Assembly: GCA_026396835.1 (NCBI GenBank) | Contig: JAPLWA010000005.1 | Coordinates: 7,435 to 71,434, forward strand | Length of the DNA stretch: 64,000 bases | Direction: 5' to 3' | Source: Candidatus Falkowbacteria bacterium | Lineage (GTDB): Bacteria; Patescibacteriota; Patescibacteriia; Patescibacteriales; Patescibacteriaceae | Part shown: positions 10,882 to 20,616 of the stretch, piece after piece | Numbering within the stretch: the stretch's first letter is position 1 | Layout: each line of letters opens with the position of its first letter | The notes under the pieces: model-generated | Databases searched by the model: none | What the model was told of the DNA's origin: nothing | The model's input: the letters and a program-made list of their open reading frames with translations, nothing else | Translations under genes and position numbers: made by a program

Positions 10882-12285
10882 ATGTCCTTAACTAAACCTC
10901 TTGTTGTAATATTTGGCAGAACCAATGTTGGTAAATCAACCTTGTTTAATTGTTTAGTAGAAAAAAAACAAGCTCTAGTCTCTAATACACCAGGCACAAC
11001 TCGCGACTCGAATCTAGCAACCGTAGGCTGGCAAGGAAAAACTTTTTCCATTGTTGATACCGGCGGTTTTATGGACTTTGATTTTTTACGTCTTAAAAAA
11101 ATTAAAGCCGAAACAATTGATGAACTAGTTCAAAAACAAGCCCGTGATTATTTAAAAAAAGCTGATTTAATTTTATTCTTAGTTGACGCACGCGATGGTC
11201 TCTTACCTCAAGACATGACCATGGCCATGATTATCAAAAAAATCATTCCTGATAAAAAGAAGATTGTCTTGGTCGCCAACAAAGTAGAGAAATTATCAAT
11301 CGCTCCGGCGGCCGGAGATTTTTATCGCCTTGGCTTGGGTGATGTTTCTTCAATTTCGGCTTTAACTGGCGCTGGAACCGGCGACTTACTAGATATTATT
11401 TTGAAAAAAATCAAAGCTCCTAAAGATAAAGTTGAAGTTGTTAAAAAAGAAATTGATAAAACCAAATCGCCAAGCGTAGTTAGAGTAGCTATCATTGGGA
11501 AGCCTAACGTTGGTAAATCAAGTTTGATAAATGCTATCTTGGGTTATTCTCGAGTTATCGTTAGTCCAATTCCTCACACGACACGTGAACCACAATCCGC
11601 TAGATTTACCTACAAAAAAAGTGACTTTGAATTTGTTGATACGGCTGGTATTACTAAGCATGGTCACAAAGTAGATAACTTAGAAAAATACAGCATGGAT
11701 AAAAGCTTAGCTGCAGTTCAAAAAGCTAATGTCGCAATTTTAGTTATGGATATTTCCGAACCTTTAACCAAACAAGACGCTAGATTGGTTGAAGAAATTT
11801 TTGATCGCCACAAGAGTTTAATTTTGGTGGCTAACAAATGGGATTTAGCCGTTGATCGTGATCCAAAAAAATATACTCACTATATAAACAGTGAATTACC
11901 TTTTGCAACTCACGCACCAATTCAATTTTTATCAGCTAAAAATAAAGTTCGTATTAACCAGTTACTTGATTTAATTATTGAAGTTAATAACCAAAGATAT
12001 ATTAGTATTCCAGATAGCGCCTTAGACAGACTTTTGAAAAGTGCAGTTAAAAAACATCGTCCAACTAAGGGCCGCGGTACAAAATATCCTCGTGTTTATG
12101 AATTCAAACAAGCTGGTGTTAATCCACCAAGTTTCATGGTTCAGATCGGACCACGCGAAAGCTTGGCTGAATCTTATCTTCGTTTCCTAGAGAACCAATT
12201 ACGCGCCAAATTCGGCTTTATTGGTACGCCCATTTCTATGTGGGTTAAAAAGGGACGTGATATCCACGGACTACACAATAGTTAA
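10882..12285 (+). CDS. der: ribosome-associated GTPase Der/EngA
   Basis: Two tandem G domains (GRTNVGKSTLFN...DTGG, GKPNVGKSSLIN...DTAG, NKWD) plus a KH-like C-terminus. Confidence 0.9.
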   Translation: MSLTKPLVVIFGRTNVGKSTLFNCLVEKKQALVSNTPGTTRDSNLATVGWQGKTFSIVDTGGFMDFDFLRLKKIKAETIDELVQKQARDYLKKADLILFLVDARDGLLPQDMTMAMIIKKIIPDKKKIVLVANKVEKLSIAPAAGDFYRLGLGDVSSISALTGAGTGDLLDIILKKIKAPKDKVEVVKKEIDKTKSPSVVRVAIIGKPNVGKSSLINAILGYSRVIVSPIPHTTREPQSARFTYKKSDFEFVDTAGITKHGHKVDNLEKYSMDKSLAAVQKANVAILVMDISEPLTKQDARLVEEIFDRHKSLILVANKWDLAVDRDPKKYTHYINSELPFATHAPIQFLSAKNKVRINQLLDLIIEVNNQRYISIPDSALDRLLKSAVKKHRPTKGRGTKYPRVYEFKQAGVNPPSFMVQIGPRESLAESYLRFLENQLRAKFGFIGTPISMWVKKGRDIHGLHNS

Positions 12286-12295
12286 AATAGAAAAA

Positions 12296-12320
12296 CTCGC
12301 TGTTAACCAGCGAGTTTTTT
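12296..12320 (+). terminator. intrinsic terminator after der
   Basis: Stem CTCGCTG, loop TTAAC, stem CAGCGAG, followed by TTTTTT. Confidence 0.8.
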
Positions 12321-12428
12321 AGTTTCTGTATAATTAGCGGCAAATTGGCAATACCTTCTAGACAAAAAGTCTGTTCAGAAATTTGTCTTTAAATATGATA
12401 TAGTAATAACGTATATTATTAAAACCAT

Positions 12429-14096
12429 ATGAAAGAAGTCTTTCACGACATAGCTAACAATTCCAATAAACCAAATAGCGTTTCTGAGGACGCTCGGGTC
12501 TTTAGTATTTTTGAGAATCATGAAGATGGCTCTGGAAAAATTATTGTAAAAAAATTCAAACCATTAGAAGAAATTTTATCTGATTTGGAGAAAGTTAATG
12601 GCCAAGACGAATTTCCTCATGTTCAAAATATTATTGATATTTTTAATAATCATCGCGCTGAAAAAATTGTAGCTAACGGCGAGGCAGTTGCCGACAAACC
12701 CCATCTTTTAATCGTTGGCGGTTTTATTAGAGACTTGCTTCTACACAAAAAACCCAAAGACATTGATTTTACTACTGACCTAGAATTAAAAGAGGTTGAA
12801 AAATTATTGAGCGATAATTTTTCTGAAGAGATAGCTAATAAAGAAATTTCAATTGATGAAACCGGCAAGTCCCAAGGGGTTATAAGAATTAAATTTAAAG
12901 ACGACACAAGAGAAGTTGCCGAAGAGTACGAAATTGCTTCTTTCCGCAAAGACAGTGATACGGGTGACGGTCGCCGACCTGACTCTGTCGAATTAATTAA
13001 AGTTCCAGGAATTGACGCTCAAAGACGTGACTTCACGATTAACGCCGTAATGTATAATCCAAAGTCTCACAATATTATTGATTATACTGGCGGATTAAAA
13101 GACTTGGACGATAAAAAACTACGCTTTGTTGGCGACCCTAAAAAAAGAATTACCGAGGACAGATCAAGGGCTTTACGCTATATTAGATTTTTATTTAAAA
13201 CAAACTTTTCTGAAGATAAAGAAGCAAAAATTGCTATCCAAGAAATGAGCCAAGAGATTAGTCAATTACCAGCCGAAATGATTCTGAAAGAATTAAAAGG
13301 GATGCTTGAAGTTGCAGGTGATAAACCAGGAAAAATTTTAGAATACTTTAAAGAGTTTGGGCTTTTGGAAAAAATTCTACCTGAAATATCTGACTTAGAG
13401 AAATGCCCCCAAGGTCCTCCTTATCACATGGAAGGAGATGTTTTTAAACACACAGTTATGGTGCTTAATAATCTACCAGCCAATTCATCACTAGAATTAT
13501 TTCTAGCCGCCACCATGCACGACATTGCCAAACCTGACACCAGGAAAGAAGGCGTCGACAAGAAAGTAAGTTTTCATAGTCATGACCTAAAAGGCTCTGA
13601 AAAAGTAGCTCCTATTTTAAAAAGACTAAAACTACCAAATAAATCACAAGACAAAATAACCAAATTGATAGCTAACCATATTAAGATTTTTTCATTTTTA
13701 CAAATGAAAAATAGCAAAGCTATTGAAATGGCGAAAAGTCCCGACTTCAAAGACCAAATAACTTTATTAAAGGCAGATAACGCCGGCACTGAACCAGCTG
13801 ATAAAAAAGTTCAAGCTGAAACCAATGAAATGATAGAAAAAATCATTGAACGTTATGAAAAAATTATAGATGATCAAGCAAAATTCTCTGTTGAAAGAGA
13901 GGTGGTTAGAAACGCTACTAATGGAAATAAAATTATTCAACTTTATTCCAGTATTCACGGTCGCAAGCCATTAGGTAAAAATATTGGTATAATAGAAGCG
14001 CAAATCAAAGAGCTGATTGATGACGAAAATATAGTTGACAAAACATTGGCTCAAGAAAAATTAAAAGATATAATTACTAACTTTAAGGAACAATAA
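12429..14096 (+). CDS. cca: CCA-adding tRNA nucleotidyltransferase with HD domain and N-terminal extension
   Basis: GGFIRDLLL..KDIDFTT, RRDFTINA, and an HD region ATMHDIAKPD...HSHD. Confidence 0.8.
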   Translation: MKEVFHDIANNSNKPNSVSEDARVFSIFENHEDGSGKIIVKKFKPLEEILSDLEKVNGQDEFPHVQNIIDIFNNHRAEKIVANGEAVADKPHLLIVGGFIRDLLLHKKPKDIDFTTDLELKEVEKLLSDNFSEEIANKEISIDETGKSQGVIRIKFKDDTREVAEEYEIASFRKDSDTGDGRRPDSVELIKVPGIDAQRRDFTINAVMYNPKSHNIIDYTGGLKDLDDKKLRFVGDPKKRITEDRSRALRYIRFLFKTNFSEDKEAKIAIQEMSQEISQLPAEMILKELKGMLEVAGDKPGKILEYFKEFGLLEKILPEISDLEKCPQGPPYHMEGDVFKHTVMVLNNLPANSSLELFLAATMHDIAKPDTRKEGVDKKVSFHSHDLKGSEKVAPILKRLKLPNKSQDKITKLIANHIKIFSFLQMKNSKAIEMAKSPDFKDQITLLKADNAGTEPADKKVQAETNEMIEKIIERYEKIIDDQAKFSVEREVVRNATNGNKIIQLYSSIHGRKPLGKNIGIIEAQIKELIDDENIVDKTLAQEKLKDIITNFKEQ

Positions 14097-14638
14097 TGCA
14101 AATCATCGTCGGCCTTGGTAACCCAGGCACAAAATACGAGAATACCCGACATAACATTGGCTTTATTGTGATTGACGAATTAGCACGTCAAAGAAATTTA
14201 GTTTGGAAAGAAAATAAAAAGTTTAAAGCCATGTTAGCCGAAGATTCAGCTACGATCTTAGTGAAGCCACAAACTTTTATGAACAAATCAGGCGAGACCG
14301 TCGCCGCTATAATGCGTTACTATAAATTAATTCCACGTTCAATTTTAGGAATTAAAAAAGCAGCTGACTTAAGTAGCTGCTTAACAGTAATTCATGATGA
14401 ACTAGACTTACCTTTTGGAAAAAATAAATTATCAATTGATAGCTCAAGCGCTGGACACAACGGTGTACAATCAATTATTGATTATCTTAAAACTAAAAAT
14501 TTTAAAAGACTGCGCATTGGTATAGACTCTGAGCAAAGAAAAAAGATGCCAACCGAAAATTATGTTTTACAAAAGTTTAACGATGAGGAGAAAAACACTA
14601 TAAAAGAACTACTGCCTGACTTAACTAGAAATTTGTAA
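14096..14638 (+). CDS. pth: peptidyl-tRNA hydrolase
   Basis: GLGNPGTKYENTRHNIGF and GHNGVQSI. The start overlaps the cca stop (TAATG). Confidence 0.9.
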   Translation: MQIIVGLGNPGTKYENTRHNIGFIVIDELARQRNLVWKENKKFKAMLAEDSATILVKPQTFMNKSGETVAAIMRYYKLIPRSILGIKKAADLSSCLTVIHDELDLPFGKNKLSIDSSSAGHNGVQSIIDYLKTKNFKRLRIGIDSEQRKKMPTENYVLQKFNDEEKNTIKELLPDLTRNL

Positions 14639-14665
14639 ATATCAAAAAATTTTATTAAAAAGACA

Positions 14666-14699
14666 AAACCGTAGGGATATTTTCCTACGGTTTGTTTTT
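14666..14699. terminator. bidirectional terminator between convergent pth and the 14710..15573 gene
   Basis: Stem AAACCGTAGG / CCTACGGTTT, flanked by an A-run and a T-run. Confidence 0.8.
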
Positions 14700-14709
14700 A
14701 AATGAACTT

Positions 14710-15573
14710 TTAACTTTCTAACTCCGGTATAGCGATTATTTCTAATGACTTACTGATTTGTCCGAGCCTGTAAGTAACCGCAACAACTCGACCAACAGCA
14801 AATTTGTCATAGACTTCTTCGCTCACATACCGCCAAAACGTTTTGTCTCCGGCGGAAGTGACAATTTTTATTTCAAAGGAAAAATCATAATTATTCCCCT
14901 CTCCATTGTCTTCAGTAGTCTCTTCAGATTCATTTTGCTCAGCATCTTCAACGTTGTCAGTATCCTCTTCATCAGTTTGTTCTCTTTCATCGTTTTCAAA
15001 TTCTTTTTTAACAATTGTACCGATGCCATGGATTTCGATAGAGTTTCCGTAGTCAAGAAAGTGCCAGGTTGATGAAACAGCTTTAGTTACTGAAAAGATT
15101 AGAATAACGCCTACTAGCACTATTATTACAATGCCAGCTAAATTTAATAATCCGACCCTGGGTGTAAAAAATATTCCATAATACCAGTACCAAGCTTTTT
15201 GATACCAGGGCAGAACAATAGATTCTTCAGACTCCTGATGAGTTCTAAAGAGAGTGCCATCTTTTCCTACAAAGACAACGAGGCCTTTGGATACATAAGC
15301 GGAGTCTACATCGCTGGGCGAATCACTAACTCTAATGTAAATTGTTCCAGCGCTATCAAGATTATCGATTGGCACGTTTACTAACTGCCACTTATAACTT
15401 CCTCCGTTTTTGGCTGACCACCGATCTGTTCTATAAACTAAATATGAACCACTATAACTAAGGCCATATTCAACAGCTTCTTTATGCTTGGCAGCACGAT
15501 CTTTATTTGGTGAAGAAAAGGCAAAGTTGGAAAATAACGAAACAATGCAAATCACAAATATTAATTTTTTCAA
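14710..15573 (-). CDS. secreted/membrane protein with acidic segment, unknown function
   Basis: 287 aa with a signal peptide, a central TM helix and a D/E-rich stretch. Confidence 0.5.
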   Translation of the reverse strand: MKKLIFVICIVSLFSNFAFSSPNKDRAAKHKEAVEYGLSYSGSYLVYRTDRWSAKNGGSYKWQLVNVPIDNLDSAGTIYIRVSDSPSDVDSAYVSKGLVVFVGKDGTLFRTHQESEESIVLPWYQKAWYWYYGIFFTPRVGLLNLAGIVIIVLVGVILIFSVTKAVSSTWHFLDYGNSIEIHGIGTIVKKEFENDEREQTDEEDTDNVEDAEQNESEETTEDNGEGNNYDFSFEIKIVTSAGDKTFWRYVSEEVYDKFAVGRVVAVTYRLGQISKSLEIIAIPELES

Positions 15574-15745
15574 AGTACACCTTTCTTTTAATTTATATTA
15601 ATTTTTAATTGTTCATATTATAGCATTTTAACATAAAACTGTCAATATACGTATAAAAATGCAAAAAAACGCCATAATATTGCTAATATTGGCATTTTTG
15701 TAGCTTAATCCTCTAAATATAAACCCACGAAGAGATAAACTTAAG

Positions 15746-16874
15746 CTAATCCTTAAGGCAGCGGACCGAAAAAGCAAAAGTTAGGCCATTTCGAGCTCGT
15801 ATTACACCAGCATTCCCAGAATATAATTCACGATGCCAAGCAGTAGAGCTATCATAACGAGATGATGACCAAATCACAGCATAAGAATCTCGGTAAGCAA
15901 AGTAGTTTCCAACAACCCATCTATCACCGCCAAATTCACCATTATAACCACTAGAGCCGCCTGGTTTTAACTTTGTACCAGCCGCAGTACAATCATATGA
16001 ACCAATACGATTAGCGTCACATGTTTGTCCATTGTCTTTTAAATAATTTTCAAGAACATACCACTCAGCATCGCTTGGTATATGCCAACCAAGCGGACAA
16101 ATCCCTTGCGCACCTTCTAAGATTGATCCGTTCATGGCAACCGCCCACTCATACAAAGCACCATAAGTCGTACAATCCGCTTCAGTTCCAGGGACCGTTG
16201 TACCAACCCCATTTCCTGGACAAGACCTTTCAGAATGAGTTACAGAATTATCAGCAGTTGAATTTGTCATAGCTGTTCCATTTGGTTTAGATCTTGTACG
16301 AAGACTTGATTTCATCCAGCACTGTGTGCCGATCTGCACGGTGTTGTAAGTGTTGCCGTCTATATCTATAACAGTTGCTTGGCCACAAGCTAAAGGACCA
16401 CTGTTATTACTAGTGAAGAAAGCACCAGCGCTCATGTTGCCAGAGCCAGAACCAAGACAAGAGCCTAAGCTATAGTTTGTGCCAGCTCATGTTGCCAGAG
16501 CCAGAACCAAGACAAGAGCCTAAGCTATAGTTTGTGCCAGTTAAAGAAGATTGATAACTATAATCTACGTTACCGCAGTTACCATCGTTTCTTGGTGTTG
16601 GGTTAGATGGAATAGATCCCATATAAGTAGTATTACCATCTGGTGATCTTAGTGATTGACCTGGTGTTATTATGGTTGGATAACTACTGTTGTCGTTATA
16701 GTATAGTTCTAGGGCGGTAGATATTTGTTTTAGATCTGCTACTCTCCTAGCATCTCTAGCTTTAGTTCTAGCATTACCTAAGGCTATTATTGCCATGGTA
16801 GAGAGTACGCCAATAATTGCTATTACTACGAGTAGCTCAATCAGTGTGAAAGCTTTTTTGTTTCTTAAAAACAT
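15746..16874 (-). pseudogene. type IV pilin-like N-terminus + FISUMP (Fibrobacter succinogenes major paralogous) domain protein, split into ORFs 16470..16874 and 15746..16435 by a 55-bp tandem duplication
   Basis: The upstream ORF has the prepilin motif KKAFTLIELLVVIAIIGVL. The downstream ORF has IGTQCWMKSSL...GWHIPS..EW...SVRCLKD. Removing one 55-bp copy joins them in frame (...GSGSGNMSAGAFFTS...) to give 357 codons. Confidence 0.8.
16431..16540. repeat. perfect tandem duplication, 2 x 55 bp
   Basis: CTCATGTTGCCAGAGCCAGAACCAAGACAAGAGCCTAAGCTATAGTTTGTGCCAG occurs at 16431..16485 and again at 16486..16540, compared base by base. Confidence 0.95.
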
Positions 16875-16904
16875 ACAACTCCATTATACAGCAATGCTTA
16901 AACA

Positions 16905-17062
16905 AACTCACCCCTAACCCCTCTCTACCCCTGCGGGGTAAAGAGGGGAAATTTATTTTTTTAGCTTAAATATTATTAACAATGATTTTCAAATCTAAAA
17001 AATTATTACTTAGATTTCCCCTCTTTACGCGTTAGCGTAGAGAGGGGCTAGGGGTGAGTTAA
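16905..17062. repeat. GC-rich nested-hairpin TIR element (copy 2 of 2; shorter AT-rich core)
   Basis: Left end AACTCACCCCTAACCCCTCTCTACCCCTGCGGGGTAAAGAGGGGAAAT. Right end ATTTCCCCTCTTTACGCGTTAGCGTAGAGAGGGGCTAGGGGTGAGTTAA. It has the same orientation and the same context as copy 1. Confidence 0.85.
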
Positions 17063-17071
17063 CCTAAAACA

Positions 17072-17100
17072 AAACACGCCCCGCAAAAACGAGGCGTGTT
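17072..17100 (-). terminator. intrinsic terminator downstream of the AI-2E transporter gene
   Basis: Stem ACACGCC...GGCGTGT. On the minus strand it is followed by TTTTGTTTT. Confidence 0.75.
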
Positions 17101-17111
17101 ATTAAGACAAA

Positions 17112-18164
17112 TTAAACTGGCTCTTTACCTTTAGTATTTTTCTTGTGAATGATGTCATCAAAAATTACCAAGGCAGCAGTAGCAACCGGGATTGATAATA
17201 AAGCCCCCATAAATCCACCAACAGAAAAACCAATCATCAAAACTACGATACTAACAATTGGATTCATGCCAATCGCTTTTTCCATAACCTTTGGTACTAA
17301 GAAATTATTTTCAACTTGCTGAACAATAATATATAGTACAGCAACAAAAATAGCTAAAGTCGGCGACTGACTAAAGGCTAAGAAAACTGCAGGTACGGCG
17401 CCAAGCAAAGGTCCTAGATAGGGAATAAACTCAGTGAAGCCTGCAATCAAAGCTAGAATCAAGGCGTACTTAACGCCAAGAATCAACAATCCAATATATG
17501 TTAAAGCAAAAATAACCAAACAAAGAATAAGCTGACCGCGGAACCAAAGTCCCATTTTCAATTCTATGCGCTTAAATAATTCCATGACATGGTCCTGCTT
17601 ATCTTCTGGTGTTAATGACCAAACTAATTTACGAATCATATTCTCTTCAACCACCATATAAAAAGTAATGACCAAGATAATCACCAGTGAGAAAAATCCT
17701 CCAACGATATTATAGATAGTTGAGAAAACTCCGCCGGCTGCACCTTGAAAATTAGTTGCGGCGTTCCCCACCGAAGATTCAATTTGATCTAGCCAACCAT
17801 GAGACGCGGTATATGATTTGAAGCTAGAAATAAATCCATTAAAGCGTTCAACATAGCTTGGGAAGTCAGCCAACAATTGATTAAACTGATTAACCATTGG
17901 TGGAATAATAAGATAAACCGTTAAACCAAGAATGGATAATAATATTACATAAATAAATGAAATCCCCAATGACCTTGGTATACCTTTTTTTTGCATCCAA
18001 TCAACCCATGGATCCATTGAAGAAGACAAGACAATGGATACAAAAAGTATAGCCAAGATGTCTTGAATTAAATAAGCAAAATATAAGCAAAACAAAACGA
18101 CGATTATTTTAATTAAGGTACCGGTCGTTAGAGTAATGCGCATGGAACTCTTCTCTTCCGACAT
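17112..18164 (-). CDS. AI-2E family transporter (PerM/UPF0118)
   Basis: 350 aa and polytopic. Contains the characteristic FIPYLGP...P and a LSIPVA-type C-terminal helix. Confidence 0.8.
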   Translation of the reverse strand: MSEEKSSMRITLTTGTLIKIIVVLFCLYFAYLIQDILAILFVSIVLSSSMDPWVDWMQKKGIPRSLGISFIYVILLSILGLTVYLIIPPMVNQFNQLLADFPSYVERFNGFISSFKSYTASHGWLDQIESSVGNAATNFQGAAGGVFSTIYNIVGGFFSLVIILVITFYMVVEENMIRKLVWSLTPEDKQDHVMELFKRIELKMGLWFRGQLILCLVIFALTYIGLLILGVKYALILALIAGFTEFIPYLGPLLGAVPAVFLAFSQSPTLAIFVAVLYIIVQQVENNFLVPKVMEKAIGMNPIVSIVVLMIGFSVGGFMGALLSIPVATAALVIFDDIIHKKNTKGKEPV

Positions 18165-18176
18165 ATGTTTTATATA

Positions 18177-18286
18177 AATTTTATAATTTTTAATTTTGCA
18201 ATTTTATAATTAATGATTAAATTTTTAATTTTAAATTAGAACTTAAAAAATTAACTAAAAATTAAAAACTACAAAATTATAAAATT
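18177..18286. repeat. long AT-rich palindromic element (near-identical to 10762..10875)
   Basis: AAATTTTATAATTTTTAATTTTGCAATTTTATAATTAATG ... AAAAATTAACTAAAAATTAAAAACTACAAAATTATAAAATT. Confidence 0.85.
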
Positions 18287-18293
18287 CTTATTA

Positions 18294-20552
18294 TTATCTT
18301 CCACCAAAACGTGGGCGTCTTGGACGATCTGAATAACCACTAGATCCGCTATTAAAATCACCTGTCTGTTTACCTTTTTCATCTTTCCATAAAGCTTCAT
18401 TTTCAACTAAGCCTTTCATACTTAGGTTAACGCGGCCCTGGTCATCAATTTCTTTTATTCTAACATTAACGGTGTCACCAACGCTAATTAGATCAGATGG
18501 CTTACCTACACGGTAAGGTGCCATTTCGCTAACGTGAACCATACCATCGCGACCCGCAACTAGTTCAACAAAAGCTCCGAAATCTAACATACGCACAACC
18601 TTACCAACAAAAGTTTCACCAACTTCAAATTTTCTAACGATGTTATTAACCCATTCCATAGCTTTCTTAACGCCTTCGGGTTCAACACCGCAAATCATAA
18701 CTAAGCCTGAGTCTTCAATATCAATTGAAACACCACAAGCATCAATAATTTCATTAATAACTTTTCCGCCTGAACCAATAACTTCACCAATTCTTTCTGG
18801 ATCAATTTGTAGAGTTGAAATACGTGGTGCGTACTTAGATAGTTCAGCACGAGGAGCGCTTATTGCGCTATTCATAACTTCCAAAACTTTCAAACGAGCG
18901 GCTTTACCATCAACCAAGGCTTGTTCCATAATGGCTTTATCCAAACCAATGGTTTTTGTATCAAGTTGAATAGCAGTAATACCGTCGGCAGTTCCTGTAA
19001 TCTTAAAGTCCATACCACCTTCACCATCTTCTAAATCTTGTAAGTCAGTTAGGACTTCCCATTTACTCATATCAGGAATAGAAGCCAAACCCATAGCCAC
19101 ACCAGCGACAGCTTTTTTAATTGGTACACCAGCATCATACAAAGCAAGGGATGCCGCACAGGTTGAAGCCATGGAAGATGAACCATTGGATGATAAAGTT
19201 TCAGCCACCACGCGAATAGTGTATGGGAATTCTTCTTTTGAAGGAATCATCGAAGCAATAGCTTTTTCAGCTAAAGCACCGTGACCGATCTCACGACGAC
19301 CGGTGCCGCGCATTGGTTTAGCTTCGCCAACGGAAAATGGAGCAAAGTTATAATGAAGCATAAAACGCTTCTTGCTTTCGCCTTCCAAACCTTCTAATGA
19401 TTGTTCATCACCAGGAGCGCCGAGTGTAACAATGGACATAACTTGAGTTTCACCGCGAGAAAAGACGGCGGCGCCGTGATTTCTTGGTAACATATCAACG
19501 TCAGCTTCTAAATTTCTAATTTCATTCAAAGCGCGTCCGTCAACACGTTTTTTATCTTCAATAATAGCGCGTGTTACTTCAGCTTCAATTGCTGTGTAGA
19601 CTAATTCCTTAATCGCTAAATAACGATAATCTTTGTCATAACCTTTTTCAACCAAATGATCTTCTAATTGTTCTTTAATAGCATTCACGGCAGCCTTACG
19701 TTCACCCTTTGTGTAATAAACTTGATCAAATAAAATATGTTTAACTGATTTATCTAACCACTCAGCTGAATCTTTTAAGACTGCGACTTTTATTTCATCA
19801 ATTTTTTCTTCTGTCTTTCTGATTTTTCTTTCATGTGGCACAACTTTTAATTCTTTGGCCATTTCTTCAATCAATTCAATAGCTGGTTGCATAGCTTTTT
19901 GTCCGGCTAATAAAGCATTCAACATATCAGCTTCATTAACTTCTTTAGCACCAGCTTCAATCATAACCACACGTTCTTTGGTAGCAGCTACGATTAAATC
20001 TAAATCACTTTCCAGACGATCCTTATAGGTTGGGTTGAAAACAAACTGATTGTTAACACGACCAACTCTAACGCCGCCGATTGGACCTTTCCAATCAACA
20101 CCAGAAACCGATAAAGCAGCTGAAGCAGCAACTAAAGACACAATGTCATAGTCGTTTTCTTTATCAACTGATAAAACAGTTAGCACAACTTGAACGTCGC
20201 GGCGTGAAGCCTGATCAAACAATGGTCTAACGCTGCGATCAATCATGCGGCCGGTTAGAACAGCTTCATCAGTTGGGCGGCCTTCGCGCTTAACCCAACG
20301 AGAACCTTTAATAATACCAGCGGCATAAAGTCTTTCTTCAAACTCAACCATGAGTGGAAAAAAATCTGTTCCAGCTCGTTCTTCTTTAGATTGTACAACC
20401 GTGGCTAAAATAACTGTTTCGCCATATTGTACTGTCACAGCGGCGTCAGCTTGTTTAGCTAAAACGCCAGTTCTGAAAGTTAAGGGTCTACCTTCCCAAT
20501 CACGGGTAAAAACTTTTTCTTTGTTCATAAAAGAATTTAGTCTGCCCGACAA
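18294..20552 (-). CDS. pnp: polyribonucleotide nucleotidyltransferase (PNPase) with RG-rich C-terminal tail
   Basis: 752 aa with two RNase PH domains (GGMDFKITGTADGITAIQLD), a KH domain (IGSGGKVIN) and an S1 domain (FGAFVEL..GRDGMVHVSE). Confidence 0.95.
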   Translation of the reverse strand: MSGRLNSFMNKEKVFTRDWEGRPLTFRTGVLAKQADAAVTVQYGETVILATVVQSKEERAGTDFFPLMVEFEERLYAAGIIKGSRWVKREGRPTDEAVLTGRMIDRSVRPLFDQASRRDVQVVLTVLSVDKENDYDIVSLVAASAALSVSGVDWKGPIGGVRVGRVNNQFVFNPTYKDRLESDLDLIVAATKERVVMIEAGAKEVNEADMLNALLAGQKAMQPAIELIEEMAKELKVVPHERKIRKTEEKIDEIKVAVLKDSAEWLDKSVKHILFDQVYYTKGERKAAVNAIKEQLEDHLVEKGYDKDYRYLAIKELVYTAIEAEVTRAIIEDKKRVDGRALNEIRNLEADVDMLPRNHGAAVFSRGETQVMSIVTLGAPGDEQSLEGLEGESKKRFMLHYNFAPFSVGEAKPMRGTGRREIGHGALAEKAIASMIPSKEEFPYTIRVVAETLSSNGSSSMASTCAASLALYDAGVPIKKAVAGVAMGLASIPDMSKWEVLTDLQDLEDGEGGMDFKITGTADGITAIQLDTKTIGLDKAIMEQALVDGKAARLKVLEVMNSAISAPRAELSKYAPRISTLQIDPERIGEVIGSGGKVINEIIDACGVSIDIEDSGLVMICGVEPEGVKKAMEWVNNIVRKFEVGETFVGKVVRMLDFGAFVELVAGRDGMVHVSEMAPYRVGKPSDLISVGDTVNVRIKEIDDQGRVNLSMKGLVENEALWKDEKGKQTGDFNSGSSGYSDRPRRPRFGGR

Positions 20553-20616
20553 ACTAGAGAACTATGGATCTAACCACAGTACTGTGTGTTTATCGAGCAA
20601 AACATTAATTAGTTAA

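Noticed and set aside
20574-20587. A 12-bp perfect palindrome CACAGTACTGTG just upstream of the pnp start, as a repressor operator.
   Set aside because: It is a single short dyad with no second copy in the window and no associated regulator gene. It cannot be distinguished from chance without comparative data.
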